DNA of 57,358 nucleotides from Patescibacteria group bacterium (GTDB lineage Bacteria > Patescibacteriota > Minisyncoccia > Phycocordibacterales > Phycocordibacteraceae), in contig JAZKAU010000001.1 in the NCBI GenBank assembly GCA_040388985.1, positions 1 through 57,358 on the forward strand, read 5' to 3'. This document shows, piece after piece, positions 24,926 through 32,837 of this stretch; positions within the stretch are counted from its first letter, which is position 1, and each line of letters opens with the position of its first letter. Under the pieces are notes generated by a model that did not search any database, was not told the origin of the DNA, and was given only the letters and a program-made list of their open reading frames with translations. The position numbers and the translations under genes were made by a program.

Positions 24926-24995
24926 CTTCTAATTACGAACGGCCTCCCCGGGGGGAGGCCGCCTCGCACGGTTGTTGTACTAGTCATATAGCCTG

Positions 24996-25490
24996 CTAGG
25001 CGCTGTCCAGGACCTCGATCGAGAGGAACTCACCGTCGGGCGATCGATAGTAGAGGTTCGCGTCGAACCACTTGCCTCGCACCATCGGATCGACCCAGGT
25101 GTGATACCCGGCCTGCATCTGCTCGAACGGCAGTATGTCCCTGAGGGCATGGCGCGCGTACGTTAGCGTAGTGTCTCCCGGGGGGTTGTTCCCGCGATTG
25201 TTCTTCACCTGGGTCGTCCGGAAGACCTCGATGGTCTTATACGGCACGTCTTCGGCGTAGAAGGTGAGGGTGCCACGCGGCATAAGATCCTCGTAGCCGA
25301 GTTCGGCATTCACCATCTCCCTCGCGCAGCGCACCGCACACATCTCCGGGCTTTCGCCAGGCTGGATGACGCCGCCCGGTATATAGGCGATGCCATGGCC
25401 GATAGAGCCACGGCTGATGAACCTATTCTTGTCCATCGCCATGAGCACAAACGTGCTTCCGACGATAAGGACCCTTGCTTCGCGAATCAT
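24996..25490 (-). CDS. Nudix-family hydrolase (divergent Nudix box)
   Basis: GGVIQPGESPEMCAVRCAREMVNAELG approximates GX5EX7REUXEEXGU with a 3-residue insertion. Confidence 0.5.
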   Translation of the reverse strand: MIREARVLIVGSTFVLMAMDKNRFISRGSIGHGIAYIPGGVIQPGESPEMCAVRCAREMVNAELGYEDLMPRGTLTFYAEDVPYKTIEVFRTTQVKNNRGNNPPGDTTLTYARHALRDILPFEQMQAGYHTWVDPMVRGKWFDANLYYRSPDGEFLSIEVLDSA

Positions 25491-25548
25491 CGGTCTCTCC
25501 TGCTTGGAATCCTGTCAGCGTCGAGGCTGACCCGGCATCACGATACAT

Positions 25549-26304
25549 TCAAAGACCGAGCAGGTCAAGAAATGTCGCGAGTTCAGCGCCTTCTATAGAT
25601 CGGAGCTCGCTGGCTTTCAGACTACCCAGCTTGATATTCAGGATGCGCGTGCGCTTCAAGTCCACGACTTCGTTATGCATGGCGACGACCATGCGGCGGA
25701 TCTGATGCTTCTTGCCCTCGGTAAGGGTTATGGAAAAGCTGTTTTCACCACGGACTTCAACCTTTGCTGGCCTCGTGATGTAGCCCTCTATATCAACGCC
25801 TGCCTCCATGTGCTTTGCGAAGCTGTCGCGCAGCGGCAGCTTGGTGCGCACCAGATATTCCTTATCGTGCGCCTTATCAGGATTAAGAAGGCGATCGGTT
25901 ATGCGGCCATCGTTCGTAAGAATCATCAGGCCGTGCGAGCCTTTGTCGAGACGTCCCACCGGAAAGAGTCCCTCACCAGCCACTTCTTGCGGAAGATCGG
26001 GTCCTGCATCTGAATCGTCATCCTCAGAACCCTGGCGTTGCATCGTGATAGCGCCACGAGGCTTGTTGTACGCGTAGTACTTGTTCTGCTTCGGAGCATG
26101 CTTGCTCCCGCGTGCGCTTGCGCGCACCTCGACAATATCGCTTTCGAGTACCTTATCGCCGAGCCCTGCTACCCGGCCGTTAACTAACACACGCTCGCGC
26201 GCGATGAGCTCGTCAGCGTCGCGTCTCGTTGCGATACCTTTGCGCGCAAGATACTTATTGATGCGCATCGGATATTCGCTTTCTGGAGCAGTGCGTTCCT
26301 TCAT
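25549..26304 (-). CDS. Pseudouridine synthase, RsuA/RluB/RluE family, with an S4 domain
   Basis: The S4 domain begins MRINKYLARKGIATRRDADELI. The catalytic motif is FPVGRLDKGSHGLMILTNDG. An alternative start is the ATG at 26268. Confidence 0.85.
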   Translation of the reverse strand: MKERTAPESEYPMRINKYLARKGIATRRDADELIARERVLVNGRVAGLGDKVLESDIVEVRASARGSKHAPKQNKYYAYNKPRGAITMQRQGSEDDDSDAGPDLPQEVAGEGLFPVGRLDKGSHGLMILTNDGRITDRLLNPDKAHDKEYLVRTKLPLRDSFAKHMEAGVDIEGYITRPAKVEVRGENSFSITLTEGKKHQIRRMVVAMHNEVVDLKRTRILNIKLGSLKASELRSIEGAELATFLDLLGL

Positions 26305-26523
26305 CTGCGTAGTATAGCAGCGTGCTCACGAATTATTCATTTCGCGTTCGGTAGATTTTCAGAGTCAAGTGATAAGTATGTGCTGCGGCCTTCTTACCAA
26401 CTAGCATTCACCCCTATGTTGAAGAGCATCAAGTATGACCTCGTAATAGCCCTCCCGGCGCTCATGCTCGCGAGCATGGTCGGAGCGTTTACGGTAGCGC
26501 ATTCGTGATTCTATTAAGGCAGG

Positions 26524-26566
26524 AAGAACGGCAGAGCGCGGCCTATGGCCGCGCTCTGCCGTTCTT
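26524..26566 (+). terminator. Strong hairpin: perfect 20-bp stem with a 3-nt loop
   Basis: AAGAACGGCAGAGCGCGGCC-TAT-GGCCGCGCTCTGCCGTTCTT. It sits between a possible 30-codon ORF and the ECF sigma gene. There is no long T-run. Confidence 0.5.
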
Positions 26567-26638
26567 ATCCGTCTGCTATACTCTTCATATACGCCGCGTT
26601 TGGGCTGTAAGGTCCTGCGTCAGCCTACGTCTCTATAT

Positions 26639-27139
26639 ATGGACCAAGACCGGATAAAAGCCGAATTCCTTGAAGCGTATGACCAGTACGCAGACGAGCT
26701 CTACCGTTTCTGTCTATTCAAGGTCTCAGACTCGGAACGAGCGCAGGACCTTACCCAGGACACCTTTACGCGCTTCTGGCAGACGCTGCGCAAAGACACG
26801 GTCGTCGAGAATCCTCGCGCCTTGCTCTTCATGATCGCGCGCAATCGCATCATCGACTGGTACCGCAAGAAGAAGGAGCAATCGCTCGACGTGCTCCAGG
26901 AAGCGGGACTCGATGTCACGGGAGAGGGCGCTGCTGATGTGGAGCAGCCGGCGCAAATGCGCGAAGCACTTGCCGCTATCGAATCGCTCGACGAGCCGTC
27001 CCGTGAAGTCCTCACCTTACGCTATGTAGAAGGATGGACGCCGGTCGAGATAGCGGCACTGCGTGGCGAATCAGCGAATGCCGTCTCCGTGCGCCTCAAC
27101 CGCGCCATCAAGAAGGTTCAAGACAAGATGCATATATGA
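26639..27139 (+). CDS. ECF-type RNA polymerase sigma-70 family factor
   Basis: Region 2 (DELYRFCLFKV..AQDLTQDTFTRFW) and region 4 (LTLRYVEGWTPVEIAALRGESANAVSVRLNRA). The start is set at MDQDRI. Confidence 0.85.
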   Translation: MDQDRIKAEFLEAYDQYADELYRFCLFKVSDSERAQDLTQDTFTRFWQTLRKDTVVENPRALLFMIARNRIIDWYRKKKEQSLDVLQEAGLDVTGEGAADVEQPAQMREALAAIESLDEPSREVLTLRYVEGWTPVEIAALRGESANAVSVRLNRAIKKVQDKMHI

Positions 27140-28185
27140 CCAAAACTCTGACTAAAACCGAACAAGAACTAGCCTACCTCCGCACCCTGCGTCTCCCTTC
27201 CGCCGCGCGTCTTCGCATGCGCGAAGAGTTATCCGCTTATGCTGACCTGCATGCGCGTCACGTAGGCGCGGAGCCCGCATACCGCAATTCGAAATACCTT
27301 TCATACTTCCCGGCAGGCTTCTGGCGCGTGTCAGCTGCCTTACTCATCCTCGTAGCCTCTCTCGGCGGTACGGCCTATGCCGCGAACGGTTCGCTTCCGG
27401 GGCAGCCGCTCTATCCGATTAAGATAAACGTTACGGAGCCGGTTGAGACCGCGCTTATCCCGAGCGCGTCCGGCAAAGCCGCCTGGCATGCCATCCTTGC
27501 AGAGCGGAGGCTCGACGAGGCGACGCAGCTTGCGGTAAAAGGAAGTCTTGACTCAGCAACGCAGCAATCGCTGAGTGATAATTTCAGCACGCACGTGCGC
27601 GACTCTATCGCCGCCGCTGACGAGCTACAGAAGGAAGGTGACGTAAACGGTGCACTCGCCGTCCGCTCAGACCTTGAAGCGCGTATCACCGCGCACGAGG
27701 ACATACTCGGCCTCGTTGCCGATCATCTTGCCGCCTCCGGCGCCGCGGACGCAACCTCGACTGAAGCCGTGCGCACCTTACTCACCGTCGTACACGATCG
27801 GCAGGATACCGTCGAGGGCGCGCGTCTGGCGCTCGAAGACTCGGAAGATGCAGCCAGCTCAAGGACTCCCGTATTTGCAAAGACAACTAGTGCTATGAAG
27901 GCTGACGATACGTCCGCGAAGCCGGCAATCATGCATTCCCCGCGAGAGATCACAAGAGAAGCGCGCACGCTCGAGATTGCGAGCATCCTGCGCAAGAACA
28001 GCGCGCTTATAAGCTTACTCGGCCCCGTCGGCACGAGCACGACAGCTACGTCGACCGCAACCTCCACTATTGAGACTGCTTCGAGCACCGTAGAGTCAGA
28101 TCAAGATATCGATGAGAACGCCGCACCTGATGGTGAGAATCTCAGGCAATCCTGGCCTACTTCTCAAGAAAACATAAAGAACTGA
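27136..28185 (+). CDS. Membrane-anchored anti-sigma-like protein
   Basis: ATGA overlap with the sigma gene stop. One TM segment (FWRVSAALLILVASLGGTAYAA), followed by a helical extracytoplasmic region. The role is inferred from position. Confidence 0.55.
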   Translation: MTKTLTKTEQELAYLRTLRLPSAARLRMREELSAYADLHARHVGAEPAYRNSKYLSYFPAGFWRVSAALLILVASLGGTAYAANGSLPGQPLYPIKINVTEPVETALIPSASGKAAWHAILAERRLDEATQLAVKGSLDSATQQSLSDNFSTHVRDSIAAADELQKEGDVNGALAVRSDLEARITAHEDILGLVADHLAASGAADATSTEAVRTLLTVVHDRQDTVEGARLALEDSEDAASSRTPVFAKTTSAMKADDTSAKPAIMHSPREITREARTLEIASILRKNSALISLLGPVGTSTTATSTATSTIETASSTVESDQDIDENAAPDGENLRQSWPTSQENIKN

Positions 28186-28244
28186 ATAGGTTTGTAAGAG
28201 TACTGCAAAGTACGTCTCAAAGCGCTTCCTGATACAATGACCCT

Positions 28245-29984
28245 ATGACGCAAGCGCACGCTCTTTCCATACTCGCGACCGGCGTGAATGTGTTCCTGAC
28301 CGGCGAGCCGGGAAGCGGCAAGACGCATACGGTAAATAGCTATGTCGCTTGGCTGCGCGCGCGTGGCATCGAGCCTGCCATTACCGCCTCCACCGGCATC
28401 GCCGCAACTCATATCCACGGCATGACCATCCATTCCTGGAGCGGCATCGGCATACGTGATTCGCTTTCTGAAGCGGATATCGATGCTATCGCGAGTAAGG
28501 AGCATGTCGCTCGCCGCATCCAGAAGACTACGACCCTTATCATCGACGAAGTCTCCATGCTCTCAGGCAGCGTCCTTGCCATGGTCGACGCGGTCTGCAG
28601 GGAGATCAAGCGCGTGGACGCAGCCTTCGGCGGCATCCAGATAGTGCTGGTGGGCGACTTCTTCCAGCTTCCGCCTATCGGCGCACGCGGCGGCGCGAAC
28701 GCCGCCTTCGCCTTCGAATCATCCGTCTGGGAAGACCTGCATCCGATCGTCTGCTATCTGACCGAGCAGCACCGTCAGGAGGATAGGCGATTCAGTTCCG
28801 TGCTCTCGAGCATACGCGCTGCGGACGCTGATCCCACGACCGTCTCTATCATCATGGGACGCGAGGCAGACATCGAAGGATTCGACGAGGACATTCCGCG
28901 ACTCTTTACGCATAACGCCGATGTCGATCGGTTGAATCAGGAGAAGTTAGAGAAATTAACGAGCGCAACAAAATCGTATCGTATGAGCGGAACGGGTGCA
29001 CCGCCTATGATAGAAGCGCTCAAGCGCGGCTGTCTTTCGCCCGAGGTGCTCGTCCTCAAGGAAGGGGCAGTGGTCATGGGTACGAAGAATATCCCAGCGC
29101 TGGGGCTTGCCAACGGTACGCTCGGCACGGTCATAGGCTTCGAGCGCGGTACGAACTATCCGATGATAGAGACGGCCGATGGGCGCACCATCACCGTGCC
29201 TGAAGCTGAGTGGGCAGTTGAGGAAGGTGGGAAGGCACGCGCCAAGATAGCTCAGATACCGCTTCGCCTAGCCTGGGCCATCACCGTGCATAAGAGCCAA
29301 GGCATGAGCATGGACGCGGCAGCCATCGATTTGTCCCGCGCTTTCGAATATGGACAGGGATACGTCGCGCTTTCGCGCGTACGCACGCTTGCAGGACTCC
29401 ACGTGCTCGGCTGGAGCGAGCACGCGCTTATCGTCCATCCGCTCGTCGCAAGCCGTGACGAGGGATTCCGAGAACTATCGGAAGAGGCGGAGAAAGGATT
29501 TGCAGCGCTTGAAGAGTCTGGAGAGCGATTGCAGCTTGAGAAAAATTTCGTACGTGCGTCCGGCGGGGAGTGGGAGGTGAGCAAGGCCACGGAAGGCAAG
29601 GCCGTACGGCCGCTTAAGAAAAAAGCAGTCGGAAGCACCTATGACGCGACGCTCGCACTTTTGAAGGAAGGAAAGTCTCTGAAAGAGGCCGCGCTTGCGC
29701 GCGGCCTCACCTTCGGCACCATCTGTACGCATGCAGAAAAGCTCGCGCAGGCAGGCACTGTCGGGCGCGATGTGCTCGAAGCCGCTATAGATGCACCGCT
29801 GCGCGCGAAGCTGCCCCAGATTCATGCGGCATTCAGCAAGCGGGGTGCCGCTGCGCTCACGCCAGTCTTCGAGATGCTTAACGGAGCCTTCACGTACGAC
29901 GAGCTCCGTCTCGCGCGTCTTGTCTATAGAGAAAAAGAATCATCCGCAGGGAAGCTCACGCAACCTTCAGCAGGAACACGGTAA
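28245..29984 (+). CDS. Pif1/RecD-like SF1 DNA helicase
   Basis: Walker A TGEPGSGKTH, then LIIDEVSML, VLVGDFFQLPPI, AITVHKSQG and YVALSRV. Confidence 0.85.
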   Translation: MTQAHALSILATGVNVFLTGEPGSGKTHTVNSYVAWLRARGIEPAITASTGIAATHIHGMTIHSWSGIGIRDSLSEADIDAIASKEHVARRIQKTTTLIIDEVSMLSGSVLAMVDAVCREIKRVDAAFGGIQIVLVGDFFQLPPIGARGGANAAFAFESSVWEDLHPIVCYLTEQHRQEDRRFSSVLSSIRAADADPTTVSIIMGREADIEGFDEDIPRLFTHNADVDRLNQEKLEKLTSATKSYRMSGTGAPPMIEALKRGCLSPEVLVLKEGAVVMGTKNIPALGLANGTLGTVIGFERGTNYPMIETADGRTITVPEAEWAVEEGGKARAKIAQIPLRLAWAITVHKSQGMSMDAAAIDLSRAFEYGQGYVALSRVRTLAGLHVLGWSEHALIVHPLVASRDEGFRELSEEAEKGFAALEESGERLQLEKNFVRASGGEWEVSKATEGKAVRPLKKKAVGSTYDATLALLKEGKSLKEAALARGLTFGTICTHAEKLAQAGTVGRDVLEAAIDAPLRAKLPQIHAAFSKRGAAALTPVFEMLNGAFTYDELRLARLVYREKESSAGKLTQPSAGTR

Positions 29985-29995
29985 GGTTCGGTGCT

Positions 29996-30439
29996 ATGGG
30001 AATGCTCGGGAAGATACTAGCCGTGTTCATCGTCGTATGTGCGGCAAGCGTATGGTTAGGCGCGCTGTATAAGCACTCATCCGATACGCTTACTGCTGCG
30101 GTGGTCGTACCGCATATATCGGCAAGCGTATCAACAGCCGTACGCGCAAGCCAGACCGACGGATATGTGGAAGTGCAAGGTACGGCGCTTATGGATACGT
30201 CGAGCGGCCTGCCTGCAGTGCCTTTCATTCAGTATATAAATACGGCTCATGGAGTCGCGACCAAGCAGCTTATATTCGCGGATAGCCGCGGCTGCGCTCC
30301 GAGCGCTGGCGATATTCCCTGCGTTTCAACTCCTACGATGAGTGCGTATCCGAGCCTTACAACCGGACAACGAATCGCCGTAAAAGGATATGTAAAGGAA
30401 GATCGGCTGCTGGTATACGATATTCAAGTCCTGCCCTGA
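29996..30439 (+). CDS. Hypothetical membrane-anchored or secreted protein
   Basis: N-terminal TM or signal segment (ILAVFIVVCAASVWLGAL). No domain recognised. Confidence 0.55.
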   Translation: MGMLGKILAVFIVVCAASVWLGALYKHSSDTLTAAVVVPHISASVSTAVRASQTDGYVEVQGTALMDTSSGLPAVPFIQYINTAHGVATKQLIFADSRGCAPSAGDIPCVSTPTMSAYPSLTTGQRIAVKGYVKEDRLLVYDIQVLP

Positions 30440-30515
30440 ACGCTTTCTTGAACAAGCGTACTGAGCTTGAGATGCCCAGCAAGCAAGTAGCGTTGCAGTG
30501 TTATACTGTCTTTAT

Positions 30516-31112
30516 ATGACTCGCTTCGGCTGGCTGGTAGGATTGGGAATCGTTCTCTGCATAGCCATAATTGCAGCGGTGACATTCTATGTGCACGCTC
30601 AGCATGCTGCATCCGTGCCGGTATCAGTCGAAGCTGCGCCAGCAGTCGTCGATCCGTCGAGCCTTGCCATCTATACGAGCGGTACCTATGGCTTCAGCTT
30701 CTTCTACCCCGCCTCCGCTACGCTCACCGATGTATTTGCGAGCAGCGGACCGAGCAGTATCGCATGGCGAGAGAATACGACCGCGACCGGCACACTCCTT
30801 GCGCGCGTCGAGACTATGAGCGGCGAGGCGCGCGTGGGAGAGAGCACCGCATCCAAAGGGATCTCAGAATGCACCAAACCGTCTCCTGCTGAGCACGCGC
30901 TCGGAACTGCAGTCATGGGCAGTACGACATGGAGCACGTTCTCCTTCGATAGACTCGGCACCGACGATCCGACTCGCGTGAAGAGCTATCGCGCCGTGCA
31001 TGATGGAACGTGCATCGCGCTTGAAACCTTCGAACCGCTTTCGGCGGCCTCTACAAGCGCCGCAGGCCCCGAGACGGTCGTTAAAAGCTTCACGTTCGCG
31101 CCTGCACAGTAG
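30516..31112 (+). CDS. Hypothetical membrane-anchored or secreted protein
   Basis: The ATG at 30516 is preferred over the GTG at 30498. N-terminal TM segment (WLVGLGIVLCIAIIAAVTFY). Confidence 0.55.
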   Translation: MTRFGWLVGLGIVLCIAIIAAVTFYVHAQHAASVPVSVEAAPAVVDPSSLAIYTSGTYGFSFFYPASATLTDVFASSGPSSIAWRENTTATGTLLARVETMSGEARVGESTASKGISECTKPSPAEHALGTAVMGSTTWSTFSFDRLGTDDPTRVKSYRAVHDGTCIALETFEPLSAASTSAAGPETVVKSFTFAPAQ

Positions 31113-31185
31113 ACCCCCCATGACGCACTCCTCGAAGGGAGGTATTATTTCATAGTAGTATTTCCAGCCCATAATCTGCATTCTT

Positions 31186-31524
31186 ATGAAAATCTTCTAT
31201 CACTGGCTCGTATCGGCAATCGCTATCGGTATCGCCGCTTACATCCTTCCGGGCGTCACAATTACCATAGCCGGCGCGCTCGTGCTTGCGGTCGTGCTCG
31301 GCATCATCAACATCTTCATAAAGCCGATAGTGAAGCTGCTTACCCTGCCGCTGACCATAATTACGCTCGGCCTCTTCTCGCTCGTCATAAACGCGCTGCT
31401 CATCCTGCTTGCAGGAGCTGTCGTGCCGGGCTTCGTCGTCGCGGGCTTCTGGTCGGCCTTCCTCTTCGCCATCATCCTCTCGCTCATTAACGCCTTCTTC
31501 AACGCTATAGACGGGAAGGACTAG
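31186..31524 (+). CDS. Small 4-TM membrane protein of the holin-IV/DUF360-like type
   Basis: The sequence LVSAIAIGIAAYILPGV..FIKPIVKLLTLPLTIITLGLFSLVINALLI resembles the YvlD/holin family 4 pattern. Confidence 0.5.
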   Translation: MKIFYHWLVSAIAIGIAAYILPGVTITIAGALVLAVVLGIINIFIKPIVKLLTLPLTIITLGLFSLVINALLILLAGAVVPGFVVAGFWSAFLFAIILSLINAFFNAIDGKD

Positions 31525-31607
31525 TAGGGTATAGGTCCATCCCGGAAAGCCGTAGCTTAGTCAGGAGTTTTGCATGGGGACTATGCGTACGGCATACTAT
31601 ATAGGTT

Positions 31608-32726
31608 ATGGACGAAAGAACTCCCAGAATTCACAGCAGCGCTGCTGATAGCGGCTACGACAAGCAGGAAACTGCTGGAGCAGTTTCTGAAAGAAGCGCC
31701 AACCAGCTCAGGCATGCCCACGAACAGCTGGCACAGAAATTAGCCCGAGAGTTCCTGGACGCAGGCAACCCTGCCCAAGCCCTCGCGCTCTTGAGGAATT
31801 CAAGCAGGACTACGACAACGAACCTGACGATGCTCATAGGAATCTGGGCTGCAGATCCGGAAAACTCCGGAGACGAGGCACAGCAGCTTTTCGCATCATA
31901 TGCCGGACGAGCCGACAGCTTTAACCTGTTGATGGATACGCTCCGGTATATACGGAGCCCAAAGAGAGGTCCTCTGCCCGCCTCTTTTGCAGGGATTACG
32001 GAATCTCGTATGCGAGAACTGAATCCCGAATGGGACGGTACGCCCGATACGCGCCATCAGGAACATGATGCCGAAAGGATCAGGCTTTCGAACTCTCCGC
32101 CAGAACAGATCAGCGATCCGACGCTCTGCTTGGAACTTGCATTTGTCGCAAGCGCTACGACGGCAGCGGCAGCATTCCTCAATCGCTACGTTGAACTTGG
32201 AGGAAGTCCTGATGACGAGAAGTATTTGAGGACAGTACTGAATCTGATCCAGAGAGGACGGTGGCCTGTGAAAGATGCTGCTGAATTGATCGAGAAGCTC
32301 GCGCAACGAATTCCTCCGGAGTCCTTTAGGAGGTGGGCGAGGAAACATAGCATCGATTCACCGAAGGATGGTTATTTCCAAGTACCTTCAGCTTTTTCTC
32401 GGCTAGTGCTAGCGAATTATATACAGGTAGATCCGAGTCATCTTGATGAAGCCGATTGGCTCTACATCAGCACGCGCTCCCTCGAGATTGGAGAGAGAGC
32501 GCTCATGGAGGCTTGCTTCGAACATCTTAAGGGGATAGTCCGTACGGAAGAGTCTCAAAGAGTCTTTGAAGACTTGTTCCGTAAGGTTTCCAAGACTCCT
32601 GAAGATGGCATGTCTGAAGCCGATAGGCAGCTAGGAAATAAAATATATAATCAATTATCGACGCGAACTGCAGTGAACAGGGATGCGGCCATAGTCGCGT
32701 GGGCGCACGAAGTGATACGTAATTAG
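31608..32726 (+). CDS. Hypothetical soluble protein (372 aa)
   Basis: Long ORF with no TM segment and no recognisable motif. It lies immediately upstream of the ATPase operon. Confidence 0.55.
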   Translation: MDERTPRIHSSAADSGYDKQETAGAVSERSANQLRHAHEQLAQKLAREFLDAGNPAQALALLRNSSRTTTTNLTMLIGIWAADPENSGDEAQQLFASYAGRADSFNLLMDTLRYIRSPKRGPLPASFAGITESRMRELNPEWDGTPDTRHQEHDAERIRLSNSPPEQISDPTLCLELAFVASATTAAAAFLNRYVELGGSPDDEKYLRTVLNLIQRGRWPVKDAAELIEKLAQRIPPESFRRWARKHSIDSPKDGYFQVPSAFSRLVLANYIQVDPSHLDEADWLYISTRSLEIGERALMEACFEHLKGIVRTEESQRVFEDLFRKVSKTPEDGMSEADRQLGNKIYNQLSTRTAVNRDAAIVAWAHEVIRN

Positions 32727-32780
32727 TATCACTCAGCATCTCGCGATTGCGGTTTCAGACAATTTGGTTAATTCATAGTC

Positions 32781-32829
32781 GTATATACCCACGGCTATGT
32801 TCTGAGTGAAGCCAGTACTGGGTATATAC
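32781..32829. promoter_or_regulatory. 11-bp inverted repeat 9 nt upstream of the ATPase start codon
   Basis: GTATATACCCA (32781-32791) pairs with TGGGTATATAC (32819-32829), with a 27-nt spacer. Confidence 0.35.
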
Positions 32830-32837
32830 TGTATCCA

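Noticed and set aside
31186-31524. A holin-like gene as evidence for a prophage
   Set aside because: It is a single small 4-TM gene with no terminase, capsid, tail, endolysin or integrase genes nearby. This family also occurs as a chromosomal membrane protein.
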